A DNA stretch of 64,000 bases, taken from Cladosporium halotolerans. Lineage: Eukaryota. Below, piece after piece: positions 45,334 through 57,748 of this stretch. Numbering within the stretch: the stretch's first letter is position 1; the number at the start of each line of letters is the position of its first letter. The position numbers and the translations under genes are program-made. The DNA lies in contig NW_027191502.1 of assembly GCF_011745625.1 (NCBI RefSeq), positions 1-64,000 of the forward strand, given 5' to 3'. Below the pieces are notes generated by a model. That model made no database searches, was not told the DNA's origin, and saw only the letters and a program-made list of their open reading frames with translations.

Positions 45334-45838
45334 CTAGCACAGCTTCAAATTGAGAACGACATCCTTGTCCTGGCACGCATGCACTTTCTTGTCATACCTA
45401 GAAATCTAAGGTCAGGAGCATGTACCTCTCAAATGTTCAAGCTGAATCAACTTACGTTGTAGCATTCCCGCACGCGTTCGTCTCGCCGCTAGTGATATTG
45501 AAAGTCTGGCGTTCAAAAGGATCACCGTCGACGTGACTAATAGTCCAATACAAGATGCCCATATCGGTGCTCGTGCCTAGGATCAATTTGGCGGTCTCGT
45601 TAGACCAGAATCTGTCCGTCTTGGAGACACCAAGGCTGTTCCCCACGCCAAGTATCTCGGTATCCCACTGTCCGCCTGCGCCCTTGATTTCCAAGGGACC
45701 GATGGTAGACTTTGTGCTATTGATGTTGGTGATCCAAATGGACTCAGTGCAATTGTTGAGAACGGATTGGGAGGAGACGGCGGCGGAAGTCGAAGTGAGG
45801 GCTAGTGTGGTGGCCCAGGCTGAAGCGGTGAAGTGCAT
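45334..45838 (-). CDS. Small secreted Bys1-like protein
   Basis: Signal peptide, VLNNC...IWI and YWTISHVDGDPF. Intron 45455-45398 gives the terminal HACQDKDVVLNLKLC*. Confidence 0.7.
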
Positions 45839-46513
45839 GTCTGTTACTGTGCTTCTTCGATTGAGACGGGGGATTCCTTAGTCAGACGTAGTGGTTTGGC
45901 GGTGGCGTCTACTAGAGCGTCGAAGTCGAAAGACGATAGGCTTTTTGTACTCCTCCCGCCAAGGCTTGAGATGCTTTTGACAAAGAATGAAAGTTACAAC
46001 TTGAGCGTCATGTTGTCGTACGAGTAGGTCATTTCGTGCCTCATACTGCAGGGGCTGAGACCGTGGTATGTCATTGCCGTGGCGCGCCTGTCAGTCGTCA
46101 TTGCACGTTCCTTTGCTTGAAAGCTGCTGGTTTCAACGTGCCTTGCAGGTCTTACCTTGCCCCTTGCATGTGGTGACATGATTTTCGCCGTGTCCTGACT
46201 GTGATATTGGAGGGTAATACATTTTCGGCGTTGCGCCTCAGTAATGGGTGACATGGTTTCAGAAACAAGGCGTGATTCAAAAACGAGGGTTGGATAGTCA
46301 AAAGGAAACCAGAACTTGGTATAAGCATGCTGTATACTCTTCTTCGATTGGCAGCTGTTCAATGACAGCACGAGCTTCCGGCACGACATCCACTTTTGGG
46401 GAGGGCCGAAAGTACTGCCGTTTGTGATACGAGGCGGGCGATGTGTGATCAGGCCTCTCTGTCTTTGTCTCAAGGTCGGTAATTGTTCTTTCCTGGAAAT
46501 GTTCGCGGAGGGA

Positions 46514-47204
46514 TCACGATGAGCTCTGCTTAGCCTTCGAAGCAGCCTGTGAAGCTTCTGTATCGCGGCAATTAGTATCCAAACACGTTCGCGAATGTCA
46601 GCTGGACGTGCAGCGTACCTCTCCTTGTGGCATCCTCGAGCAACGGCGTGTCCACTGCGTTCGCAGGCAGGTGCACATAGCGCACTACGCTTCCACGGAT
46701 GAAGACATTCTTAACCGAACTCTGCAGAACAGCGCCAGTCAGCCTTTGTCCTCGTGACTACCATGTATCCTCAACCCTCGTATTCAGCGCAACGCAAACT
46801 TCTCCCCAGCTATAGTCTTGTCTCCCCATGCTGTTACATGACTGACTCACCAGGTGAGGGTATTTCATCTCTTCCACAACCGAGATGTCGTCCAGCTTGA
46901 TGTTGAGGTACTGGTCCACGCTCTTCAAAGTGCCTCGCACGGAAATGTCATTCTTGAGCTCGACGGTGACCTCGTGGTTGACCAGAGTCTTGAAGAAGCT
47001 GTAGCACGGAAACAGAGTTAGCATGCGCACTAGTTGAGTTTTGAATACTACGCGCCGTCGTCTTGTCGCGTGGGTCGAGGAGCCATATGGACCAAGCACA
47101 AGGCCGGCTAGCTGTGCAAGTGCGCGCCATGTGCATCAGGGAATCGACACTGCGGCGGTGGCATGTGTGGAAGGTCGAAGAGGGATTTACCTGAAGAACA
47201 GCAT
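46514..47204 (-). CDS. LSM2: U6 snRNA-associated Sm-like protein LSm2
   Basis: Four exons give MLFFSFFKTLVNHEVTVELKND...DQYLNIKLDDI...YPHLSSVKNVFIRGSVVRYVHLP...LLEDATRREA. Confidence 0.96.
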
Positions 47205-47798
47205 CCTTGCGGTGTGTGAGGAGGAGAGGCTTGGAGTATCACGGCAGCATGTCCATGGGCGCAAGTTCGGCGACGCTTGGAGTCGCACACACAGGTGCGT
47301 TCAGCGTCGCGCTGGCGCTGGCGGACGCCGAACGAACGTCGTCACTCAGGGCTGTCACTTCGCGGTTGGTCACGTGCATCCATCCCGTCGCCTTTTCTAC
47401 GTGCACATAGTATCACGGTAATCGAATAAGCACACGAAACATCACCCTATTGGAAATTCCAAACGGTTGCTTTAATGCAAATTTTCTTAGGGAGACAAGA
47501 TACAACTCTAGGAGGGTCAACTCATCGAGCACAGAGCCTTCTCTCCAGCTGCTTTACGAATCTTGCTGGAGCTTGCACCTCTCTCGAGCGAAGGCTTTGA
47601 GGCGTTGCTGCACCTGATCGGATTCCGGACTTGCTGCTGCCCGCTCTTTCTGCTATGCTGAATCTATTCCCATGTTGTCAACAATTGACTCGCATGTCGA
47701 ACTGAGTGAACTTCTCGACAGGCATCATAAGGTTGGATATACTTGGATATGTTATGTTGACAGTATGTAGAAGACTATGTATCGAGTCTAGAGTCGTC

Positions 47799-50730
47799 TT
47801 ACCGCTGTCTCTTCCGGTGAATGAATACCAAGCCGAGATAGGCGAAGATGCGGTAGACGGCGCCGATGAGAACGAGCATCCTATTGGCGACATTTGTTAG
47901 CCGTCCTTCGATAAGTCAGAGGAACATGTTGCCATGACACTTACCCGATATCCAAATGATACTGATCCAAGGTGTATCCAACCGATTCTGCAGCCAGGTC
48001 GACTTTGTACAGATATGCCAAAGGCATGATATTCTGGCTGAAGTACGCTTCCGTGAACCAGACGCCGGGACTCAAGCGCCAGAACCACTCCAGATGCCAA
48101 CCTTTGACTTTCGATAACGGGGGAGCGACGCCGCCCAGGACTCCTATGATGAGTGAACCTAGTACTGCTAGCAGTGGTCCGTTCTCGCGCTTGACAACCA
48201 TTGCTACGCATGAAGCGAGACCGTAAACGCACCAGAAATACATCAGGTTGGCAGCGTACATCTCGGTGAATGTGATGAGCGGGGTGGCGAGGATGCAGAG
48301 GAAGATGGTAAAGTGCAAACTGCTCAAGGCAATGCGAGGGAGTGTTGACAGCAGCTTCCCGACGTAGTATGCACTGCGGCTGTGGCCCGAAGCCGTCTCA
48401 CGCCAATAGATCAGTTTCTCTTCGCCAAAGACCCAAAACCCGGGCGCTGAGGAGGCAAGTCCGATCGCCATACCGCCCAAAAGCCCTAGTTGAGGTGTTC
48501 CTTGGTAATCGACGGCACTGCTGAGCAAGGTGAACGGCTCGTGGTAGAGGCCTTGGAAGAGATGTCCTTTAGAAGCAAAAGCCGAGAGCCCGATTACGAG
48601 CCCAGCAAGACCGCCAACACCGATCTCAAAAAAGAAGCTCGTTGCATTCCGAACTTGCTGAGTCATCGCTCGCTTGAAACAGTAGTAAACTTGGGCAGGC
48701 CAGGAGGCGCCGCGACATTGCATAGTGCGGTGGAGTTCGTTTTCCTGCTCGACGGTGCTGTTCAAGGACTGATTGCTGATTCGACGACTTTCGCGAGACT
48801 TGAAAGTCGACTGACTCTCGGAACTGAATATGGACAGGTGCTTTGGGGGGGTCGTGTATTGTCCGCTCTGCTTCCACTGATCGATCAAGTACTGTACTCC
48901 AACGTCTCGTTTTTTGCTGCCCACAGCATACTGAGCACCATCTCCCGTGATGATATCCATCAAAGTGTCGGCAGGGTTAGCCTGGTGAGGGAAAGCGAAG
49001 CCCATGGTCTCAAAGTAGTCGTGGACTCTATCTGTTGGTCCGCTGTATACACTGCGACCAGATGCGAGGAGAAGTAGTTGATCGAATTCGTAGAATATTT
49101 TCTCGCGCGGCTGGTGTACAATGGCAATGACGGTCACACCGAGTTTGCTCACAGCCTTGAGTAGTCGCATGATCGATGAAGCACTTGTAGCATCCAGTCC
49201 AGAAGTCGGTTCGTCCAAGAAGATGGCCATTGGTGCTGCTGCAAGTTCGATGCCAATGTTGACACGCTTCCTCTGCCCACCGGAAATCACCGGTTTTCGA
49301 GCATCCCCTACGCGCATGTGTTTCACGTGAGTGAGCTGCAGACAAGCCAGTAATGAGTCCACATGATCTTGAATCTCTCTGTCTTTCCATCTTGCTGGGA
49401 GCCTGCAGCGCGCTGAGTGCAATATGTTCTCCCTGACAGTCAGTTCAGGGAAGACGATATCGTCTTGCGGCACGTAGCCTATCAATTTCCTGTATTTGAA
49501 AATGTCTTTCGACCAGCCGTTGATCTTGACAGTGCCTCCAGTGGCACGCTTTTTGCCCATCAAGACATTGAGGAATGTGCTTTTGCCAGCTCCTGATCCT
49601 CCCATAACACCCCACATGGAACCCCGAGGCATTGTACCAGTCACCTCTTGCAGGATCTTTTTGCCTCTTTTTGTCTCGAACGCCAGGTTCTCAAAGTCAA
49701 AGCTCAGCCCGATCGACTGTGTCGTGATTGATTTGCTCACGGATCGAATGAATCGTTGAAAGTCAGGATTGCTCTGGAAGTCGGCATCGATCTCGTCTTC
49801 GTCGAAGGTCGACACCTGGTCGTCATCCGTATAGCCATCCATGTTGTCCACGCGCCCATTGTCTCGGCGCATATGCGCAACGTGAGGAAGCTGAGGAGAC
49901 AGCGTTTGGCTGGAAGCAGGCGATACGTTCCCAGGTATAGCGGGAGACGAAATGGGAGGCATTTGGCCTCCAGAAATTTTCGACGATCTCAGCAATTGCT
50001 CATGCATCTCGGTGTCACGGATGCTTGTGCCCTCAGAAGCCGCATATTTCTTAGGCCTACTTTTTCTCCATTTGCTGATCCCGAATCCAATGGCGACTAG
50101 AACTCCAAGTAAAGCGTCCAGAATGAGGGTTACCCATACTGGCGCCAAAACCACCTGGTTCACGGAACCCTCAGGACATAAAGATCCGCGCGTACAGTTG
50201 AATGGAGCTCGGGATCCCGAAGGGCAGAATGTGCCTTTTGGGCAAAGGATCTCGCTCTTGCCGTCGGGACAGTAATGACCGTTCGCGCAAATCTTGGGCT
50301 CGAGCACACCTTGTGGACCGCAGGTCTGGCCCATAGCGCGCATCCCCTGACACTTCTCGTAAGGTGGACAGTATTGAGGGGGATGCTGGTCGTCGGAGTT
50401 TGGACCTGACAGTCTATTAGCTTTGGTGAAGGTCTACAGATGAAATTATCGACAAAACTTGCAATGAAATCCAGGTAGGCAAGTATCGTTCAGAGCCAAA
50501 GCCACTGGCAGAGATCCACTCCTGTAGCATCCAGTTTGAGTGTAATTGAGTGAGTATGCGTATGCGTCAAATTCCCTCGACTGCATGTTTAGGTCCTCAA
50601 AACCTTCCAGCAAATGTCGATTTGCCTGGCCGGCACTTTGCACTTCCAGGCTCTGCTGTGGCGTAAGAGAGATCGCACTGGTAGCCATGGCAAAGTCGAC
50701 CGTCCTCTGTTGGTCGTTCTGCGATTGCAT
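47799..50730 (-). CDS. ABCG-type half transporter with Cys-rich N-terminal region
   Basis: Walker A GGSGAGKS, ISGGQRKR, LDEPTSGLD, VHQPR and C-terminal TMD. GC-AG intron 50462-50406 and GT-AG intron 47944-47881. Confidence 0.93.
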
Positions 50731-52019
50731 GATTGCAAAAGTGTACGCCTTGAGCGCCGGGAAGAATGTCGATATTGCTGTTGAGACAGTCGAAAGAATG
50801 TGATTGCGATTTGTTCGGTGTATTGCGGCTTTCGTTCATCAGTCTACACCGATGCCTGAGCTGGGAAGGGTGCAGATACACCAGGCTCCCTCCACCTTCC
50901 GTCTTTTAGTCAAGCCGTCACTTCCCGAAGCCTTGAGCAAGCAACAGCGTGAGGACAGGGTGGATGTACATATGAAAAGGTAAGATAGCGAGCAAAAGTT
51001 GAGTGCAAAACACGAAAGGAGGAAAGGAAACAATAACCGCACTATGGCGCAGCAAGAAATCCTACCATTCACAAGTACGATCCTTTAGTTGGGTCCCAAT
51101 CTGAAAGATCTGGGTCTCGTGCGCAAGCATAAGGTCCCGTCAAAGTCAGACAGACGGCAGCCGCAGGGCATGGCAGTACGAGTGGACTGGCCGGTGTATC
51201 TTTGCTGCTATCATCATCGTCACAGCTGAGGCACAGCACAACTGAAAATAGGCGGCTCGTAGCAACGGTGCGGTGGCAGGTGCCGCGTGGTGACATGTGA
51301 GTACCATTGACATGATTCTGATGGGCGAAAGAATGATGACCGAAGGATGGGGCGGAGGAGAAGAGTGGCGGTGTTGGCGTAGGAGCGTGCTTTTGGCGTG
51401 AACTCCGCTGATTGGCAGGCCCATATGGACTTGCAGAGCTGAACGGTCTCTGTCGGCGACATGAATGGTGGGAAACGCGGCAGTTAGGATGTCTCCAGAC
51501 TGGTGAGAAGACGCTGTGTATTCCTTTTCAGCAGTGGCGTGTTGTTGCCAGGACCCGATATAGTCCAGTCAGCCCACCGCTCAGCGCGGCTGTGCAGCAT
51601 CGGGGCCGCACAGCCCAGGTAGGGCAAGGATCAATCATGCGCGAAGGATGTGAGATCCACCAAACACTGCCAACATCACTACCTTAAGGAAGACCCACAC
51701 CTGTCCGGGTCACTAGTTAGTATGACCATCGCTTTGGCAGTGCCCACCTCTGTAGCTGGCTTCAAAGAACCACATTGCCACTGCTGCAACTAATGAAATG
51801 TAAACACATGTCTGCCGAATGTCATACAACCGAGACTTGTGTCATCTTCTAGGATATGTCACGAGAGGCCTTGCTCTTGCGGTCGCATGAGGTGGACACA
51901 GGACAAAAAGTATTACAGTGTATGATAGGTGAGCTTCTGCTGACAGCCGCGTACAAGGGTATCATCATGCAAATCATCTGTGAATACGCAATGGACGCCG
52001 ACACCTCCGCCGTCCCCAC

Positions 52020-54085
52020 TCATTCTCCCATTTTGCTTTGCCTGCCAACCCACTTCCGCACACTTGCCCATTTCTCACTCTTCGTCTCGGGGCCACCGAG
52101 TTCGTTGCCGACCTCGAACACAGTCGTGACACCATCCAGGCCACCGACGGCTACGTGCTTGCCCTGTGTTTTCTCCCACGCGAGCTTGTTCAGACTGCGA
52201 AGAGCGTACGCGTCTTTTTCGATGTGACTTGGCCGTGCACTGGCAACCGGTAGGTCGCTGCTGGCACTGATATCGTAAATGTCCAACATGCCTGCTCCGT
52301 CGACACAACCGAAAACGCCGGGTTTAGTCGGCGACCACTTTGCACTGTAGACTGAGTCCTCGCGGGCGATAGTCAACAATGGTGCCACTGTCGAGGCAGC
52401 ACCAGAGATCGATCCAGCGGTCGCTGAAGGTGCCTTCGCACGCCAAAGCTTGATAGTCCAGTCAAGCCCACATGACACGAACAAGTCGCCCAAGTCCACC
52501 TTGCCGCGTGCAGGGTGGAAGTCAATGTCTGTCACCGGCGCTTCATGTCCGCGGTAAGTACAGCGGGAGTCGACGCCAGCTTTCGCGCCAGCACGATCAT
52601 AGCGGTGTACAGGGAGAATCGAGCCCTGTTCAGTTCCAGCTAGGAAGTATGTCGGGTCGGAAGCGGGGAACGCCATGGAAATGGGCGCAACATCATCGGT
52701 CTTGTATGCGGAGGGATTTGGGGAGTGCAGCTCGAGGTATTCTTGCGGCAGGGTGAGCATATCCGTAGACCACGCGCAAACAACACCGTCGGTGCTGACA
52801 GAGACGACAGAGCTGGCGTTCTGCGTGCCGACCACTGCAAGTGAGTAGATGGGGTGTGCGTGGCCACTGCGGCCGCCCATTAGAGGAGTCCTTTGCACGG
52901 GCTCGCCAGTGCGTTGATTGCGAGCGCGGGTATCCCATAGACATAATTGACCGCTATATGTACCACCAAGGATGAGTGAAGGGTGGTGTGGGTGGAAGAG
53001 ACAAGACAAGAGATCCGAGGTGGCGTGCAAGCTGTACTCTGGTCGGCCCTTGAGGTGCATGTTCCAGACATTCAGGAGACCAGGAGGAGTGTGTGGCGAT
53101 TGTTGTGATTTGGTGTATGTCGTGCACAGAAGCTCAGGAAATTTTGGACTGAAGTCGATGTCGCTGAGCATGCGTTTTCTTCCCATGGCCTCAGAAAGGT
53201 CGAATTGCATGACCTCCTTGATTCTCCGGCCCTTCCGCCCCACGTATTCGTCGTCATCTTCCGCATCTCTGCTCTGCAGGGCGTAGTCGGCCAGAACGTC
53301 GTACTCCTCGTCGAGAGCTCGCTCGATGACCTTACTGCTCCTCTCTACGAAGTCCAAGAAGTCGTTGCTGCTTGTTACGGCGTTCAACTCCTCCGTCTCC
53401 AGCGCTCTTGCTGGGAATCGTGCCTTTTCTGACTCAACTCTTTCTTCCAGCTGTAACGCCCGCAGTTCCTCTTCGATCTCCTGGCGCAGCCGCTGACGGA
53501 TCTGCTCTTCCTCAATTTCAATCTCACGCTGGCTAAGCTTTCTTCTTCTCCTCGAAGGGCTTTTTCCGGCACCATCGGCTCCTCCCTCCGAGTCCTCGCT
53601 AGAGTCCTGGGGAGGCTGCCATGGCTCTGTTTGTATACCCTTGCTGTAGGTGATATATTCCGGCTTCGATTCAACCGGGATCTCGTAGACTGTTGTCAGT
53701 TCGGCGAATGACAGTGCTTGTGTGTCGGTTGAAGCATCCTGATAGGTCTTGGTCGGAGTCGACGGTGCTCCTTCCCGTGACAACTCGCTATCGCTTATGC
53801 GCTTTTTGCCAGCAGGCGAGGACGACGATGGTCGATCGACAAGGGATGAGATCAAGCTGTCCAGGTCCTCGGTGCGCCTCACTCGCGAAGGCGTAGGTGC
53901 AGCTAGCTGGATCGTCAGTCAGTCTCCGTTCTGTTACAGCGACGGATGATACTTACCTCTCCCGCATCCAGACTCTGGCGGTTGCTTGTGAACTCCTTCT
54001 GCCTCAGCTCGCGTTGGCGCTTAAGCTCTGCGAGCTTGGCCTTCTTCGCGAGAATCTCGTCTTTTCGCGACTGCAGGCTCGACAT
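52020..54085 (-). CDS. Cytoplasmic dynein intermediate chain (WD40)
   Basis: N-terminal coiled coil (RKDEILAKKAKLAELKRQRE), light-chain-binding YSKGIQT, FLDFVERSSKVIERAL and WD40 repeats. Intron 53956-53907. Confidence 0.93.
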
Positions 54086-54398
54086 CTTGACAAACCACTA
54101 GCAGAGTCGCAAGCGCAATTCTCGAGACGAACCCCGGCAATGTGTTGTTGTCGCGCAATCGAAGCGTGGGCGGTGGAACGCGGTGCCCGCGTGAATTCAG
54201 GGCCGCCATTGGCTCGAGCCCCTGCCTGCGGAAGTCCTCCGGACAATACCGAAAAGTGCCCAACACCTCGCGACCACCACGCCGCTACCCCGTTCCACCG
54301 CCCGCACACCCCATCTACCGCCGCTCTCCATCCTCCTGCCCTCGTTGTCGAGCCATTGAGAGCATAGACATCTTTTTCGGCCTTCTCCAGATCCCACA

Positions 54399-54919
54399 AT
54401 GGCCTCTACCGGCGTGAACGTAAGCCGCTCCCGCGCACCGAGCGCCTACCAGCCTCGCGCGCATCGATAATAAACGAGCCCAGCAGCCGGGGACAGACTT
54501 CTAACGCTTCACGTCTCAGGTCCTTCGCTGGGGCGCCCTCGCCTTCGGCGTCTTCTACGGCTTCACACACCAGACCGCCATCTCCTCCAGGGACAAGATT
54601 GCCGCTGAGAAGCACGAGTACGAGCGCAAGGAGAAGCTCATCAGCGACGCTAAGGCTGCTTGGGCGAAGAAGAACGCGCCCCCCGGCCAGGGCAGTGGAT
54701 GTAAGTGCCGAATTGCGATGCTAGCAAAGAGGAGGAAGATCAGTCGAGACAAGAAGGATCATTGCGCGGAGGACAGGCATGAAGCTCGGGAACACGTGGA
54801 AAACATGGCGCATTGGAGGTCGGCCCATGCTGACGATTGGCGCAGTAATAACAGACCCCAACGACCCCAAGTTCGACCTCGAGGCTTTCCTCACCCAGGT
54901 GCAGAAGGACAACCCTTAG
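54399..54919 (+). CDS. TIM11: Mitochondrial ATP synthase subunit e
   Basis: Three exons (introns 54420-54519 and 54701-54845) give MASTGVNVLRWGALAFGVFYG...KEKLISDAKAAW...ITDPNDPKFDLEAFL. Absent from the ORF track. Confidence 0.92.
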
Positions 54920-55658
54920 ATTCGAATTACTACTTCTTACGAGCGGAGCGAAGCCGTAATGCAGAGCTACTAGAGGCAACCGAAAAGCATGGAGGGTTCG
55001 GCCGGGCAGGTCGCTGGCTAGATGAGACGAGTCTGCCATCCGCGCGCAACCTGAAGATACCCCTTAGGCTATCTTCTCCATGGCAGCGTTGTATATATGT
55101 CTGTATACTACCGTGTTGAGCGATAGATGCGCGATACTTTTTCTCTGTCCTTGGAACGATCTCGTGACCGAATGGGAGACCCCAACATGAGGACCGTCCA
55201 ATCTCGGAAACCAACTTCCAGCGATCAGTATTGGCTTTCTGGCTTACCAGCATTGTAGCATATTAGCGCATGGCCGTGCGTGTGCAGGTGTACCACTTCC
55301 CCGCCCTGCCTTCTCCATCCTCTCTCTGTATCAATCCCATCAACGTACTGTTTGACGTATGCTGTACTAGAAGATTCTGTACCAACTGGCGACCTCTGCT
55401 CTCGTCGTGCACCGTAGATCCGCTCACGAGTTGCTCGGCGCAACGGCATTCAGCTCCACTTTGGCGGCCTGTGGGGAGCGAAGCTGATGGCATTTGCTTT
55501 CGGGACTTGAGTGCGCGGGCAATGCGCGAAAGAGTACGTGGCGCGCAAACTACTGATAAGTCGATCATGGCATCTTGGAAACTTTCCATTTAATTAGCAG
55601 CTCCAAAGTGTCTGTCTGTTGCATCTCCATTCTCACAGATCAGACGCAACTCCCCAGC

Positions 55659-57453
55659 ATGAGTACAACCACCTTGAAGCATCCCACAATCGGAGACGTC
55701 GTTGGCGACGCGGCGAGTGAAGATGTATCGAAATATCTAGGCATACAATATGCCACCCTGGCCGACCGCTTCTCTCCTCCTCAAATAAAGGAATATCCGC
55801 AAGGCGGCACCGTGGACGCCACCAAACATGGGTGAGTCCGCTGTGGTGGCAAGAATTGCATTGTAGACCGCTGACGGCATTGAAAGACCACAGGTTCTCG
55901 CATTGCCCAATGGCGCGGATTTCGAGTATACCCTTCTACAAAAAGCGTTGGAGTATGACCGTAAGGCTGTTCGCATGTCGGACATTGATGGGTTGAATCT
56001 CAACATCTACACACCTACCGCTGGAGCCGCGACTCCGTCTTCAAACGCAGGTCTTCCGGTCTTCGCTTTCATTCATGGAGGTGCCTTTAACGGTGGCTCT
56101 GCGAGCTTTCCAGCATACGAGATGACGCGGGTCGTACGTCTCAGCATTTCCAGGAAGATGCCTATCATCGCAGTGTCTTTGAAGTATGCCCAATCTCTTC
56201 CACGAGCAATTTCCACGAGCAATTTCCACGAGCAATTCGACATACTAACCTCCTACAGCTATCGACTTGGAGCACCGGGCTTCCTCTATTCGAACGAGAT
56301 GAAGGAGGCTGGATATCTTCCTAACAATGGTTTACGTGACCAGCGAACAGCGCTCCTGTGGCTGCAAAAACACATAGCCGGATTCGGCGGCGACCCGAAT
56401 CGTGTCACGCTGATGGGTCAAAGTGCCGGCGCTGTCAGCACCTCGTTACAACTCCATTCAGAAGAGCCACTTTTTGAGCGTGCCATTATGATGTCCGGAT
56501 CGTCACTACTCCTCGGTCCTGTCCCGGACGCAGTGGCCGAGGCGGGCTACCAGAAAGCTGTGAGACAGCTATACCTTGACGGTATGGATCCAGAGGATCG
56601 TATGAAGACACTGCTCGAAATGGATGGACAAAAGTTGCGAGCGACTTTACTCCAGGGTGGCTTTTCTCCTCTACCGGTGATCGACGGTGACATTTGCCCT
56701 ACCGGCATTGATTTCAAGTCGCTCTTTGACGGCACCTTGGATCTTGCAGGGAAAAAGTGGTGTAAGAGCCTCATCCTGGGCGACTGCGAGTTCGACGTAT
56801 GTCATTGAACCTGAACCCACGATACCAATCCAGCCAAACTGACCATTTCACCTCAGGGCACCATATTGGGCCTGCCGTTAGGCGGAAGAAAGTCTGGCAT
56901 TGCCAAAGCGTTCGCGGACAGCATTTCTGCGTCCCTCCCCGAGCAAGCAGCGACACGCTTGCTTTCGGATTATGGCATTCCGTCTTCCAGCTCAGATGAG
57001 GAGGCCTTTACACGAGTCCTCGAATTTGCCAATGACATCTGCTTCTATACTCCAACTTTTGCATTCGCCCAGGGGTTGCAGGATGACATGCCAGTCTACA
57101 TGTACCGGTTCAACGAGCCGAATCCTTGGCCTGGACCATGGCAAGGTCGCACGTCGCACATTCACGACCTGGTTGTCTTGCTTCAGACCTTCAATCAGTT
57201 CATGAACAGCGAACAAACGCAGCTGGGTGAGGAGTTTGCTGCGGATGTTGTTGCGTTTGTGAATGGACAAGATCCCTGGCAGCGTTGGACGAACGAGGAG
57301 AAAATCGCAAAGGTGTTCAAGGTGGGGAGCGAACGCATGGTGCAGGATGCGCCTGAAACCACGGAGAGGAGGAGGACCGTTCTGGACCTGGCGGATAGCG
57401 TTGGGTTTGACGCCCTCAAAGGTGCATTCACTCGATTCCTGGTTGGCGGCTAA
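55659..57453 (+). CDS. Type-B carboxylesterase / lipase
   Basis: YLGIQYA, FIHGGAF, NYRLG (after splicing 56184-56258), NNGLRDQ, FGGDP and the GQSAG nucleophile motif. Confidence 0.93.
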
Positions 57454-57748
57454 TTGGTAAGTATTGGATTTCCGAATGTGAATCAGTCAAACCTGGTCTG
57501 GTGTGAACGTTGCGACTCAGGCATCAGAAAGTTATGAGAGTGATTTCACTGATCAAGCCGGCATCTTCACATGTTTATCGTCGCCTTCGCTCCTTCCCTC
57601 TCGACTTCACAGAATCTCCGTCGCGCTGCGCAACCCAGCAAGCGGCCCTGCGCTCCTCCATGCCGCGACCCGTCAACAAACTGCTAGTAACATAATTACA
57701 AAGCATCACGTTTTGTCCATCTTGCAGCTCGATTCACATCAGCAAACA

